Shown one piece after another: positions 1 to 7,609 of a stretch of DNA of 19,224 nt (the stretch's first letter is position 1; the number at the start of each line of letters is the position of its first letter). A model generated the notes under the pieces. That model worked only from the letters and a program-made list of their open reading frames with translations. It made no database searches and was not told the origin of the DNA. The stretch is from Halalkalibacterium halodurans (GTDB lineage Bacteria > Bacillota > Bacilli > Bacillales > Bacillaceae_D). Location: the NCBI RefSeq assembly GCF_004376175.1, contig NZ_SNUY01000068.1, positions 1,865 through 21,088 on the forward strand, given 5' to 3'. Both the position numbers and the translations under genes were made by a program.

Positions 1-183
1 CTTTCCTAAAGCCGCCTAGTCAATTTTTAAAAAAATAATGGCAATAGGTTTCTTTGTCATGCACATTTTTGAAAATACAATGAAAATAATGAGTGTGCAG
101 GCCATTCCAATCCAATTTCCAGTAATTTTGGTTCATTTCACCCGGAAAATTGTTATTTATTCCGAGACTCTATCTAATTAAGG

Positions 184-199
184 ATCAGTAGCTACTGAT
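184..199. repeat. Perfect 16-bp palindrome ATCAGTAG|CTACTGAT, function unknown
   Basis: Read directly from the sequence. The two halves are exact reverse complements with no loop. It lies in AT-rich non-coding DNA just upstream of the thiolase remnant. Confidence 0.85.
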
Positions 200-250
200 A
201 CCTCGTATCGTACAGGAGGGCTCTTTCTGTTTCAAACCTCAAATTCTTTC

Positions 251-361
251 ATTACAGGAATGCTCCTTCACGAACTCTTGCGCCGCGGGGAAACCTATGG
301 TTTAGCGACCCTCTGCATCGGTGGCGGGCAAGGCGTAGCGACAATCATTGAAAGAGCATAA
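251..361 (+). pseudogene. 3' remnant of an acetyl-CoA acetyltransferase (thiolase) gene, about 36 C-terminal codons only
   Basis: Translation ITGMLLHELLRRGETYGLATLCIGGGQGVATIIERA* carries the thiolase C-terminal signature (GLATLCIGGGQG). The frame is open only back to a TAA at 179-181. Residues before about 251 no longer resemble thiolase. There is no start codon or RBS, and the upstream DNA is AT-rich non-coding. Confidence 0.6.
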
Positions 362-370
362 CGACAATGA

Positions 371-402
371 AGCCAAAAGGGGATGACTCCTTTTGGCTTT
401 TT
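371..402 (+). terminator. Rho-independent terminator
   Basis: Stem AGCCAAAAGG (371-380) pairs with CCTTTTGGCT (389-398) and is followed by a T-run. Confidence 0.75.
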
Positions 403-420
403 ACACTTTCCTAATTCAAG

Positions 421-455
421 AAGGGTTCTGACTTAGCAGAACGACCTTTCTTTTT
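421..455 (+). terminator. Second hairpin plus T-run (tandem terminator)
   Basis: AAGG-GTTCTG, loop ACTTAG, CAGAAC-(GA)-CCTT, followed by TCTTTTT. Confidence 0.5.
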
Positions 456-516
456 ACGGTAGAAAAAGAGCTTTTTAAAGCGTAACCCCAAACACTCTAA
501 TCATTCAGCATATCTA

Positions 517-545
517 TTTACAGATTGCTCGTCCACGATTATAAT
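517..545 (+). promoter_or_regulatory. SigA-type promoter for the purine permease gene
   Basis: TTTACA (517-522), exactly 17 nt of spacer, then a consensus TATAAT (540-545). It lies about 55 nt upstream of the start codon. Confidence 0.6.
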
Positions 546-601
546 ACGTACTTGTGGATCTTTATGATCGGGCGGGAGAGGGAAACTGAATAAGGACTGT
601 T

Positions 602-1900
602 ATGATGGTCAAATGGATGAAAAACTATTTTGATTTGCCAGGTCATGAAACAACGCTAAAGCGGGAGTTTCTTGCTGGCCTAATCTCGTTCATTACCATT
701 GTGTACATTATTGCTGTGAATGGAGCGATTTTGTCAGAATCAGGAATCCCTTTAGAGGCCGCAATCATTGCAACAATTATCACGTCGTTCGTCGGTTGTT
801 GGTTAATGGGGTTTTGGGCGAATGCCCCCATTATCCTCGTACCGGGCATGGGAATTAACGCAATGTTTTCTTATACGCTCGTTCATTCCATGGGTCTCAC
901 ATGGCAGGAAGCGTTAGCGGTCGTCGTCATTTCTGGGCTTATTGTGACGATCATTTCCTTTACACAACTCGCGCAGCTTTTACTCGATTCGATTCCAAGT
1001 TCACTAAAGCACGGAATTACGGTCGGCCTAGGGTTGTTTTTAGCATTAATCGGGTTAGAAAAGGGTGGTCTAATTACGCGGGGTGAAAATTCCCTACTTG
1101 CGTTAGGGGATTTGAGCAGCCCATTTGTCATTGCGACCTTAATGTCAGTCGTACTCGCCGTCGTTCTTTTCATGCGAAACGTTCCAGGCAACTTTCTTAT
1201 TAGCATAATAGCCGGTACGTCAATCGCAGCGGTTTTAGGCGTGATCAGTTTCGACGAACTCACTACTTGGACTGTACCGCTAGATCAATACCCTAGCCTA
1301 TTTGGGGCCATTTCATTTTCAGGATTCGGCAGCTTTTCGTTTTTCGTTGCTGTCTTTTCTTTAACCATGGTGCTGTTGTTCGAAAACATCGGGTTAATTA
1401 ATGGTCACCTTAATATGACAAATCGTCCTGAGAAGTTTTCCCGTTCCTTTCAAGCAAATGGGGTCTCTATTTTCACGAGTGGAATTTTTGGCACAAGCCC
1501 TACTGTTGCAACGGTTGAAACGACAGCAGGAATTGCAGCCGGAGGAAGAACAGGAGTCACTGCGATTGTTACAGGAAGCTTGTTTTTGCTTTCGCTCTTT
1601 GCGATTCCTTTAGTGAAACTGATTCCAGGCAGCGCCATCGCCCCTGTGCTAATGATCATTGGTGGATTAATGGTACAGCAAGTAAAGCAAATTGATTTCC
1701 AGGATTTTTCAGAAGGATTTCCTGCTTTCCTTGTAATTGTCATGATCCCATTTTCGTATAGCATTGCGGACGGAATTGCATTCGGCTTTATCGCCTATCC
1801 ACTGGTGAAGTTTGCATTAGGAAAAGCAAAAGAGGTTCCCATTCCTCTTTATGTGATCGCAACGTTATTTTTCTTAACGTTTGTTGCACACGTATATTAA
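602..1900 (+). CDS. NCS2/AzgA-family purine (guanine/hypoxanthine/adenine) permease, PbuG/PbuO-like
   Basis: 432-aa ORF, polytopic membrane protein. The N-terminus MKNYFDL..TTLKREFLAGLISFITIVYII and C-terminal AFPAFLVIVMIPFSYSIADGIAFGFIAYPLVKFALGKAKEV match my recollection of Bacillus PbuG/PbuO. The true start may be one of the Met codons at 602, 605 or 617. Confidence 0.85.
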   Translation: MMVKWMKNYFDLPGHETTLKREFLAGLISFITIVYIIAVNGAILSESGIPLEAAIIATIITSFVGCWLMGFWANAPIILVPGMGINAMFSYTLVHSMGLTWQEALAVVVISGLIVTIISFTQLAQLLLDSIPSSLKHGITVGLGLFLALIGLEKGGLITRGENSLLALGDLSSPFVIATLMSVVLAVVLFMRNVPGNFLISIIAGTSIAAVLGVISFDELTTWTVPLDQYPSLFGAISFSGFGSFSFFVAVFSLTMVLLFENIGLINGHLNMTNRPEKFSRSFQANGVSIFTSGIFGTSPTVATVETTAGIAAGGRTGVTAIVTGSLFLLSLFAIPLVKLIPGSAIAPVLMIIGGLMVQQVKQIDFQDFSEGFPAFLVIVMIPFSYSIADGIAFGFIAYPLVKFALGKAKEVPIPLYVIATLFFLTFVAHVY

Positions 1901-1912
1901 TCCTGTGAAACT

Positions 1913-1943
1913 CCACCCTTTCCACTATCCAAGGAGAGGGTGG
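1913..1943. terminator. Hairpin between convergent genes (possible bidirectional terminator)
   Basis: CCACCCTTTCC (1913-1923), loop ACTATCCAA, GGAGAGGGTGG (1933-1943). This is an 11-bp stem with one G-U pair. The flanking T-runs are weak. Confidence 0.45.
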
Positions 1944-1950
1944 GGTAACT

Positions 1951-2229
1951 CTATTGCAGCTCTTTTTTCGTTTTATTAATAGACTTTAACGGGTTGATCG
2001 TCACTTCAATTTCTTGAATCTCCGGTTGGTCTTTGTTATCTGACTTTTTCCATTGTTCGGGATGGAAGCGGTAAAGATAATCACGTACTTGAAAGACATC
2101 GGCTCCTAGTTCCTTCGCCTTGTTCATCGTAATCGTTACTTCTTGTTTGAGCATATCTTCTAGCTCTCTTTTAATTTCCTCAACCGTCATTTGGTTTGAG
2201 GAATAACACTTGTCATGTCCATTTGACAT
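1951..2229 (-). CDS. Hypothetical small charged protein (92 aa)
   Basis: ORF only. I recognise no family and see no convincing RBS at either Met1 or Met14. It converges on the permease gene. Confidence 0.3.
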   Translation of the reverse strand: MSNGHDKCYSSNQMTVEEIKRELEDMLKQEVTITMNKAKELGADVFQVRDYLYRFHPEQWKKSDNKDQPEIQEIEVTINPLKSINKTKKELQ

Positions 2230-2279
2230 CTAAGTGTAGTGTGATTAAATCTAGAAGTGGTAAAGTCGCTTGAGATATA

Positions 2280-3889
2280 CCTGAATCCGTGATAAAAAGC
2301 AGTGGTTCCATCGATTTTGATAAATCCTAATTTTCTTTCATTTCATTGCTTTTTAAGTTAAATACGTTCGTTTTTGAGTACACCAAATAAAACCTGCTCA
2401 GACATTTTTTTACAGGTCTTATTATCTATTCAGTTTCCTAGACTTATGTCGAAAATGAAAGATACAGACGCTTAAAAGTGGAAAACCAAGGACTATAGTT
2501 CCCGAATTTTAAGTAAACTTTCCGAGAGTGCTTAACAACTTTTGATGCCAGTGTAATTAAGTTCTGGATTACTGTTTTTACACGGCGACGAAAAACCTTT
2601 CTTTTAAGTGGTGCATCTCCTGATTTTAGGCTTTCTTGGCCAATAACCCGAAGGAGATTGTAGGTTAAACACCCAAGATGTAAGATCAATTCATTGGTGG
2701 CAAATTTACCCGAAGGAAAACGTTCTAGGTCTAAATCTGTTTTTAATTCACTGTGGAATTGTTCACAAGTGCCATGTTCGTGATATAGGCCAATTATTTC
2801 CTCTGTTTCATTAGGTAGGCTAGTCCAATAGCTCTCAAACTCAACATCTGGGACTAAGAGGATTTGTCCGTTTTTATCGATTGTCCTTTCCGTTACCTTA
2901 TAAACTTGGCGAATGGCTTTTTTCATTCCCTTTGGAGTTGTTTCTAAAGCACCATAGAATACACGTTTTCCTTCTCGCTCCTGAACGCATTTGCCGAATT
3001 GTTCGGCTACCATGAGCCAGTTTTCGGGCTTTTCACGGCGAGGGTTTCGTTTAATTATAAAATCGGCCTTTTCATTGACACAAACTTTTAGATTTTCGAC
3101 ACTATCGTTTCCTGCGTCCATACGGACTAGTAACGATAGGTCCGTAATCATCCGAGAATAGTTAATACTGTTCTCAAGAAATTTCTCAGTATCCTTTTGA
3201 ACGTGTGTGCTTCCTTCCCGAAGTTCCATATTTACAACGTAGCCTTCTAGACCTAAATAGGAAAAGTTAGGGGAATATCCATCACATCCTTTGTATGTGC
3301 GACTAACCCCTTCTTTCTTGGTATTTGAGTTATCAAATGGCGATACATCAATATCTAAAGGCACGTATGTTTTTTTATCACTAGTTACTGTTGGAGTGAC
3401 AGGAGAATCAAATTGCCGTATTAGTTTAGCCGATTCTTCTAGAACAATGGATTTCCATCCAGTCACCTTGGCAATTTGATCGAGACGTTGCCGTAGTGTG
3501 GGACTTGATGGAACCAATTTAATATCCAATGCACGATAAAAGAAGGGATCGTCTCGAAATTGTTCGATATGGTCGAAATCATTCTTACCTTGACACAATA
3601 GACCCACATAAGAAGTGGTAACATCACCATTAAGAATCTTCGGAGATGACTTAATTTCTGGAACCTTCAAGGATGAAAAACGTTTGTGAAACTTTGTCTT
3701 TGATAAAAGCAAACCTATTAAACCAAGACCTGAATGGGTCGTCAATGTATCATCGGAATTTTCTAATATAAACTTAACCAATTTCTACACCTGCCTGGTG
3801 AAATAAAATTATCAACATAAATCAGCTGATAACATTATTATAACAGGCTTTGGAGGCAATGTTGGAAATGATTTCATCACGGATTCAGG
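2280..3889 (-). mobile_element. IS element, IS1380-like (IS4 superfamily), 1610 bp
   Basis: Terminal inverted repeats: CCTGAATCCGTGAT at 2280-2293 and its exact reverse complement at 3876-3889 (14/14, 17/18 when extended). They are flanked by a 5-bp direct repeat ATATA (2275-2279 and 3890-3894). The element has a single transposase ORF filling the interior and is visibly more AT-rich than its neighbours. Confidence 0.85.
2444..3781 (-). CDS. DDE transposase, IS1380-family-like
   Basis: 445-aa ORF. N-terminal ..LTTHSGLGLIGLLL.., central ..GCDGYSPNF.. and ..RMDAGNDS.., and C-terminal ..EQFHSELKTDLDLERFPSGKFATNELILHLGCLTYNLL.. fit my recollection of IS1380/IS4-type DDE transposases. TTG start preceded by GGCAGGTG. 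Confidence 0.85.
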   Translation of the reverse strand: MVKFILENSDDTLTTHSGLGLIGLLLSKTKFHKRFSSLKVPEIKSSPKILNGDVTTSYVGLLCQGKNDFDHIEQFRDDPFFYRALDIKLVPSSPTLRQRLDQIAKVTGWKSIVLEESAKLIRQFDSPVTPTVTSDKKTYVPLDIDVSPFDNSNTKKEGVSRTYKGCDGYSPNFSYLGLEGYVVNMELREGSTHVQKDTEKFLENSINYSRMITDLSLLVRMDAGNDSVENLKVCVNEKADFIIKRNPRREKPENWLMVAEQFGKCVQEREGKRVFYGALETTPKGMKKAIRQVYKVTERTIDKNGQILLVPDVEFESYWTSLPNETEEIIGLYHEHGTCEQFHSELKTDLDLERFPSGKFATNELILHLGCLTYNLLRVIGQESLKSGDAPLKRKVFRRRVKTVIQNLITLASKVVKHSRKVYLKFGNYSPWFSTFKRLYLSFST

Positions 3890-3918
3890 ATATATTCAAT
3901 CATACATTTTTAGGAGGA

Positions 3919-4068
3919 ATGAACTTGGAAGTTTTTGCAGAGTATTTAAAAGGCATCGATCACCCTGATCACCGCGATCGAACAGAGGAGATATTATCGT
4001 GGGTTGCTGCTACATTCCCAAATTTAGAACCTAAAATGAAGTGGAATACGCCGATGTTTTCCAATCAA
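3919..4068 (+). pseudogene. DUF1801/YdhG-like protein, N-terminal half (50 codons) of a split gene
   Basis: Strong RBS TAGGAGG, then ATG at 3919. Translation [50 protein letters not shown], after which family similarity stops abruptly and the frame runs into unrelated residues to the stop at 4134. The missing half is at 11212-11427. Confidence 0.8.
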
Positions 4069-4163
4069 TCACAACCTTATCCAATAAGAAAAAAGGACAA
4101 ACCACTCAATTTGTCGAAGTTCTTCATCTATTAAACCTCTAACAAACAGCAAAGGAGCCCTAT

Positions 4164-5161
4164 ATGATCGCCAAACCTCGCAAAATCCCTATTCATATAT
4201 TGACAAATTAGAAGCTCTCCTCCGCCGAATCCCCGCTCATCATCCTAAAAAACTTCAAATTGAAGCCGATCTCGCCAAACGAAAAGCCGGTTACAAAGGA
4301 GAGTCCGCCCTCGATTATCATCTCAGCTTTCTGCCGCCAAAAGAGTACATCATTCTCCATGACCTTCGTCTACAAAGCGGCGAATATTTCTTTCAAATTG
4401 ATACACTCATCCTCACTCCAACTTATATCCTCATCATCGAAGTGAAGCATCTCTATGGAACGCTCTCATTTGAACCCGAATTTCAGCAGCTCATCCGCAC
4501 AACTCCTGATGCAGAAGACACATTTCCAGACCCCATTATTCAAGTCCAAAAGCAAGCTAGTCAACTGCGTCAATTTTTAAAGAAACTTAAATTCCCGGAT
4601 ATACCGGTTGAAACGCTGGTTGTGATTACGAATTCGCAAAGTCGTATATCCCTTTCCGACTCCACGACCTATACAAGAAAACATGTAATACGCGACACGG
4701 TATTGGTGAAGCGAATAGAGAAGCTGACCTCGCAATATACCACACTCATTTTCGACCCAAAGCTACTCAGAAAAGCAACTAGGATCTTACTTACCTCACA
4801 TATGCCATCAACATTTGAACCGCTCGAATTTTACCGAATTGAGCTAGACCAACTATTAGGTGGGGTTCACTGCCCGAAATGTGATGCCCTTCCTATGCGG
4901 AGATTACACGGGAAGTGGGTATGTCCAAGCTGCTACTACCAATCAAAATTAGCGCATATAAATAGCTTAGTAGATTATGTGTTACTCGTAAGTGACACGA
5001 TTACGAATAGGGAAGCGTGTGAATTCCTGAAAATAGCGAAAGATACTGCGAGGAGAATGTTAAAATCATTAAAAACTGTAGAGACTGGTACTACGAAGGA
5101 TAAAAAGTTTGAGTTGGTCATAGATAATCTAGTAAAAAGCATAAAAAAAGAAGACATCTAA
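4164..5161 (+). pseudogene. NERD-domain protein with C-terminal Zn-ribbon/HTH, disrupted by a 1-nt frameshift
   Basis: RBS AAAGGAG, then ATG at 4164. MIAKPRKIPIHILTN hits TAG at 4209-4211. The -1 frame continues KLEALLRRIPAHHPKKLQIEADLAKRKAGYKGESALDYHLSFLPPKEYIILHDLRLQSGEYFFQIDTLILTPTYILIIEVKHLYGTL... to 5161. One extra A in the A3 run at 4205-4207 would restore a single ORF. CPKC..CPSC Zn-ribbon near the C-terminus. Confidence 0.8.
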
Positions 5162-5175
5162 TGAAGAAGATGTCT
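5152..5175 (+). terminator. Hairpin overlapping the NERD stop codon
   Basis: AGACATCT (5152-5159), 8-nt loop, AGATGTCT (5168-5175), followed by CCTTATT. Confidence 0.45.
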
Positions 5176-5204
5176 CCTTATTGGAACTACAGAAGAGTGT
5201 AGAC

Positions 5205-5326
5205 GCTTAATTCTAGCAAACGAAACTTTTTATTTAGCAAACAACATAAGCATTCTAGCAAATAATTAAATAATCCAGCGAAAATCATCATTATTTTAGC
5301 AAACCCATACATTTAATGGGAAACAA
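5205..5326 (+). repeat. Phased direct-repeat module 1: five ATTyTAGCAAA-type cores every 20-21 bp plus a TGGGAAAC tail unit
   Basis: AGC(A/G)AA cores start at 5215, 5236, 5257, 5277 and 5298, giving spacings of 21, 21, 20 and 21. The fourth unit is the CCAGCGAAAAT variant. The tail TGGGAAAC begins at 5317. All units are on the same strand. Confidence 0.85.
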
Positions 5327-5354
5327 AAAGGCTGCAGCATCAACTGCAACCTTT
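5327..5354 (-). terminator. Rho-independent terminator of hmp
   Basis: On the minus strand: AAAGGTTGCAG, loop TTGATG, CTGCAGCCTTT, followed by TTGTTTCCC. It lies immediately after the hmp stop. Confidence 0.7.
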
Positions 5355-5362
5355 CCCCCTCA

Positions 5363-6586
5363 CTACTTCGCCTCAACCTCAGCATCCAAACTCGCCGCTG
5401 GTCCAAAGAACTCATAATGTACGCGTTCGTCGCTCACGCCCATCTCAGCTAAATACTGCTTCATTACTCTCATAAATGGAACCGGTCCGCAGAAGTAGAA
5501 GTCAGCCTCAGCCGCCACGTCACCTGCTGCAGCTTTGAGCCATTTCAAATCAATCAAGCCTTTAAGATCAAACGCACCGCGCTCAACATCAGCTGTCGTC
5601 GGATTAGCATACACAGTGTAATTCTTCACCTGATGATTCGCACTAGCCAGCTCTTCCACATGCTTGCCAAATGCTTGCACCGCACCGTTTTCAGCTGCGT
5701 GGATGAAAATTACTTCACGCTCAGGCTGCACTTCAACCAATGTGTTCAGCATGCTCAACATTGGTGTCACGCCGACACCGCCGCCAATGAGGACAACCGG
5801 CTTCTCAGAATCTGTATTTAAAACGAAATCTCCGGCTGGTGCTGTCAGTTCAACTTTATCGCCTTCAACCACTTTTTCATGCAGGTAGCTTGATACGACG
5901 ACATCATTTTCATGTTTTACGCTGATGCGGTAATAATCTTTTCCTGAAGCATCAGATAAGCTGTATTGACGTAGATGAGTATACTCGCTTTCCTCAGGCT
6001 TCACTTTAATCGTCACATATTGGCCCGCTTTAAATTCAGCAATCTTTCCACCGTCATATGGCTGTAAGTAGAAGGAGGTAATCACATCGCTCTCGACTAC
6101 TTTTTTAGCGACGACAAATTCACGGAAATCAGCCCAGCCGCCAGCTTGATTTTCAGCTTCTTCATACATTTCTTTTTCCACGCCGATAAAGGCATTAGCA
6201 ATCACGCCGTACGCCTCGCCCCAGGCAGCAAGAATCTCATCAGTGGCCGCATCGCCCAGCACCTCAACCATCGCATCAAGCAATGTTTCACCGACAATCG
6301 GATAATGCTCAGCTTTAACGCCAAGACTTCTATGCTTGTGACCAATCTGCTTTACAATCGGAATGATCTCTTCTAAGCGGTCGATATGAAGAGCTGCCGC
6401 ATACACTGAGTTTGCCAACGCTGTTTGCTGACGGCCTTGTTTTTGATTCGCATGATTAAATATATTTAATAGTTCAGGGTGACGCTCGAATAATAGTTGA
6501 TAAAAACGAGTCGTAATCTTTGTTCCGTGGACTTCCAATACAGGAACCGTAGACTTTATAATAGAAATAGTTTCTTTAGATAACAT
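5363..6586 (-). CDS. hmp: Flavohemoglobin / nitric oxide dioxygenase
   Basis: N-terminal globin domain (MLSKETISIIKSTVPVLEVHGTKITTRFYQLLFERHPELLNIFN...) fused to an FAD/NAD-binding reductase domain (RQYSLSD, GGGVGVTPMLSML). ATG at 6586 lies 9 nt after AAAGGAG. The ORF-track start at 6592 is an upstream GTG. Confidence 0.93.
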   Translation of the reverse strand: MLSKETISIIKSTVPVLEVHGTKITTRFYQLLFERHPELLNIFNHANQKQGRQQTALANSVYAAALHIDRLEEIIPIVKQIGHKHRSLGVKAEHYPIVGETLLDAMVEVLGDAATDEILAAWGEAYGVIANAFIGVEKEMYEEAENQAGGWADFREFVVAKKVVESDVITSFYLQPYDGGKIAEFKAGQYVTIKVKPEESEYTHLRQYSLSDASGKDYYRISVKHENDVVVSSYLHEKVVEGDKVELTAPAGDFVLNTDSEKPVVLIGGGVGVTPMLSMLNTLVEVQPEREVIFIHAAENGAVQAFGKHVEELASANHQVKNYTVYANPTTADVERGAFDLKGLIDLKWLKAAAGDVAAEADFYFCGPVPFMRVMKQYLAEMGVSDERVHYEFFGPAASLDAEVEAK

Positions 6587-6615
6587 ATGCACTCGCTCCT
6601 TTTCGTCTCTGTTTT

Positions 6616-6633
6616 CTACACTTATAAGTATAG
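6616..6633. promoter_or_regulatory. 18-bp imperfect palindrome overlapping the putative hmp -10 and transcription start (candidate repressor operator)
   Basis: CTACACTTA|TAAGTATAG, with half-sites matching 8 of 9. The minus-strand TATACT -10 candidate (6632-6627) lies inside it. Confidence 0.4.
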
Positions 6634-6653
6634 TCGGCTGAGAAGTGGGAGGG

Positions 6654-6669
6654 TGTGATATACATCACA
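6654..6669. promoter_or_regulatory. Crp/Fnr-family (or Rex-type) operator, TGTGA-N6-TCACA
   Basis: Perfect TGTGATATACATCACA in the divergent hmp / crp-fnr intergenic region. Its centre (6661.5) is about 41.5 nt upstream of the transcription start inferred from the TATACT -10, which is class II activator geometry. Confidence 0.7.
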
Positions 6670-6718
6670 ATAGATGTGACTAACTGGTGAAATCGAACAG
6701 GTGAAAGGAGGGACCTAC

Positions 6719-7420
6719 GTGCTAAATAACGATAAGATTAAGGAATTACTAACTCATTTTCCACTCTTTAAACGGCTAAACGATACGGCGCTCGATCAGA
6801 TTGTTGATATCTCAATATATCGAGAGTGGGGGCGGGGCAGTTATATTTTTATGCAGGATGAGCCGATTGAAAATGTGTATTTCATTTACAGGGGCCGCAT
6901 CAAAATTTATAAAGCTGATAACCGCGGACGCGAGCAGATTGTGGCGATCTTGCGAGAAGGCGAGATGTTTCCTCATGTCGGTTTCTTCAGAAAAGGTGGC
7001 TATCCGGCTTATGCGCAGGTGGTCGATCATGCCCAGCTTGTCGTTATTCCGATTGGTGATTTTGAAGACATTCTCCGCAAAAATCCAGAGCTGTGCATCC
7101 AAGTGTTCCGTGTGCTAGGGGAGAAGATCGTTGACTTGCAAGACCGTCTTGAAGCACAGATCGTCAACAATACATACGAACAAATTATTAAACTGATTAT
7201 CCGCCTCGGAGAAACGAACGGCGAGCCTGCAGAAGACGGAATAACAGTGATGAAATCTGATTACACCAATCAGCAGCTAGCAAAAATGATTGGTACGACG
7301 AGAGAAACGGTTAATCGCACGCTGACCAAGCTCCGTAAAGAAGGCCTATTAAAAGAAAACGAAGGAAGCAGGCTCTGTTTTGTTCGCGAAGAAATGGAGG
7401 GGAAGCTCTACGGCGAGTAG
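6719..7420 (+). CDS. Crp/Fnr-family transcriptional regulator without an Fe-S cysteine cluster
   Basis: cNMP-binding-like beta-barrel (..YIFMQDEPIENVYFIYRGRIKIYK..) plus a C-terminal HTH (QQLAKMIGTTRETVNRTLTKLRKEGLL) with the RE..R recognition motif used by CRP/FNR for TGTGA half-sites. Only two Cys residues in the protein. GTG at 6719 lies 6 nt after AAAGGAGGG. The ORF-track start at 6701 is inside the RBS. Confidence 0.88.
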   Translation: MLNNDKIKELLTHFPLFKRLNDTALDQIVDISIYREWGRGSYIFMQDEPIENVYFIYRGRIKIYKADNRGREQIVAILREGEMFPHVGFFRKGGYPAYAQVVDHAQLVVIPIGDFEDILRKNPELCIQVFRVLGEKIVDLQDRLEAQIVNNTYEQIIKLIIRLGETNGEPAEDGITVMKSDYTNQQLAKMIGTTRETVNRTLTKLRKEGLLKENEGSRLCFVREEMEGKLYGE

Positions 7421-7521
7421 TGTTTCCTCTATAATAAATAAAAAAGACCTAGTCACTCCTATCTTTCGACACCCCGTCCTTCCCCCTTTGTGCAACCGAT
7501 TGCCTATTTTTCAGAAAATTG

Positions 7522-7551
7522 TTGCATTATAAACCAAGACCATGCTACAAT
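7522..7551 (+). promoter_or_regulatory. SigA-type promoter with extended -10 for the amylase gene
   Basis: TTGCAT (7522-7527), 18 nt of spacer, then TGcTACAAT (7543-7551). Confidence 0.5.
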
Positions 7552-7558
7552 AAAAAGC

Positions 7559-7572
7559 AGTAAGCGGTTTCA
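7559..7572 (+). promoter_or_regulatory. Candidate catabolite-responsive element (cre, CcpA site)
   Basis: AGTAAGCGGTTTCA against cre TGWAANCGNTNWCA has one mismatch, at the first T. It sits just downstream of the -10, the position I recall for amyO of B. subtilis amyE. Confidence 0.5.
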
Positions 7573-7609
7573 AGACTGCTATAATTCAAGAAAAAGAGAG
7601 GAGAATAAG

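Noticed and set aside
38-181. 48-codon ORF (MAIGFFVMHIFENT...) at the left edge
   Set aside because: It has no RBS, only an A/T run before the ATG. It lies in AT-rich sequence where such ORFs arise by chance, and I recognise no family.
480-601. Purine (guanine/adenine) riboswitch or PurBox upstream of the purine permease
   Set aside because: The leader from the putative transcription start is only about 50 nt. It lacks the conserved riboswitch core as I recall it (..UAUAAUCGCGUGGAUAUGGCACGCAAGUUUCUACCGGGCACCGUAAAUGUCCGACUAUG..), and I saw no CCGAAC-type PurBox. The TATAAT here is a -10 element.
4091-4120. Weak hairpin GACAAA-N8-TTTGTC with an A-run before it, which would be a minus-strand terminator, just inside the left end of the 7.1-kb block
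   Set aside because: The stem is only 6 bp and no minus-strand gene lies to its right for it to terminate. It may be a relic of the block's original context, but it is too weak to call.
6719-7420. Annotating the regulator as Fnr, the oxygen-sensing [4Fe-4S] protein
   Set aside because: The protein has only two cysteines and none of the terminal Cys clusters needed to ligate an Fe-S cluster. I therefore called it generically Crp/Fnr-family.
7490-7609. ORF-track start of the amylase at 7490 (extra 40 residues MQPIAYFSENCC...)
   Set aside because: There is no RBS there. The region contains the promoter and the cre-like site. A canonical RBS and signal peptide begin at 7610.
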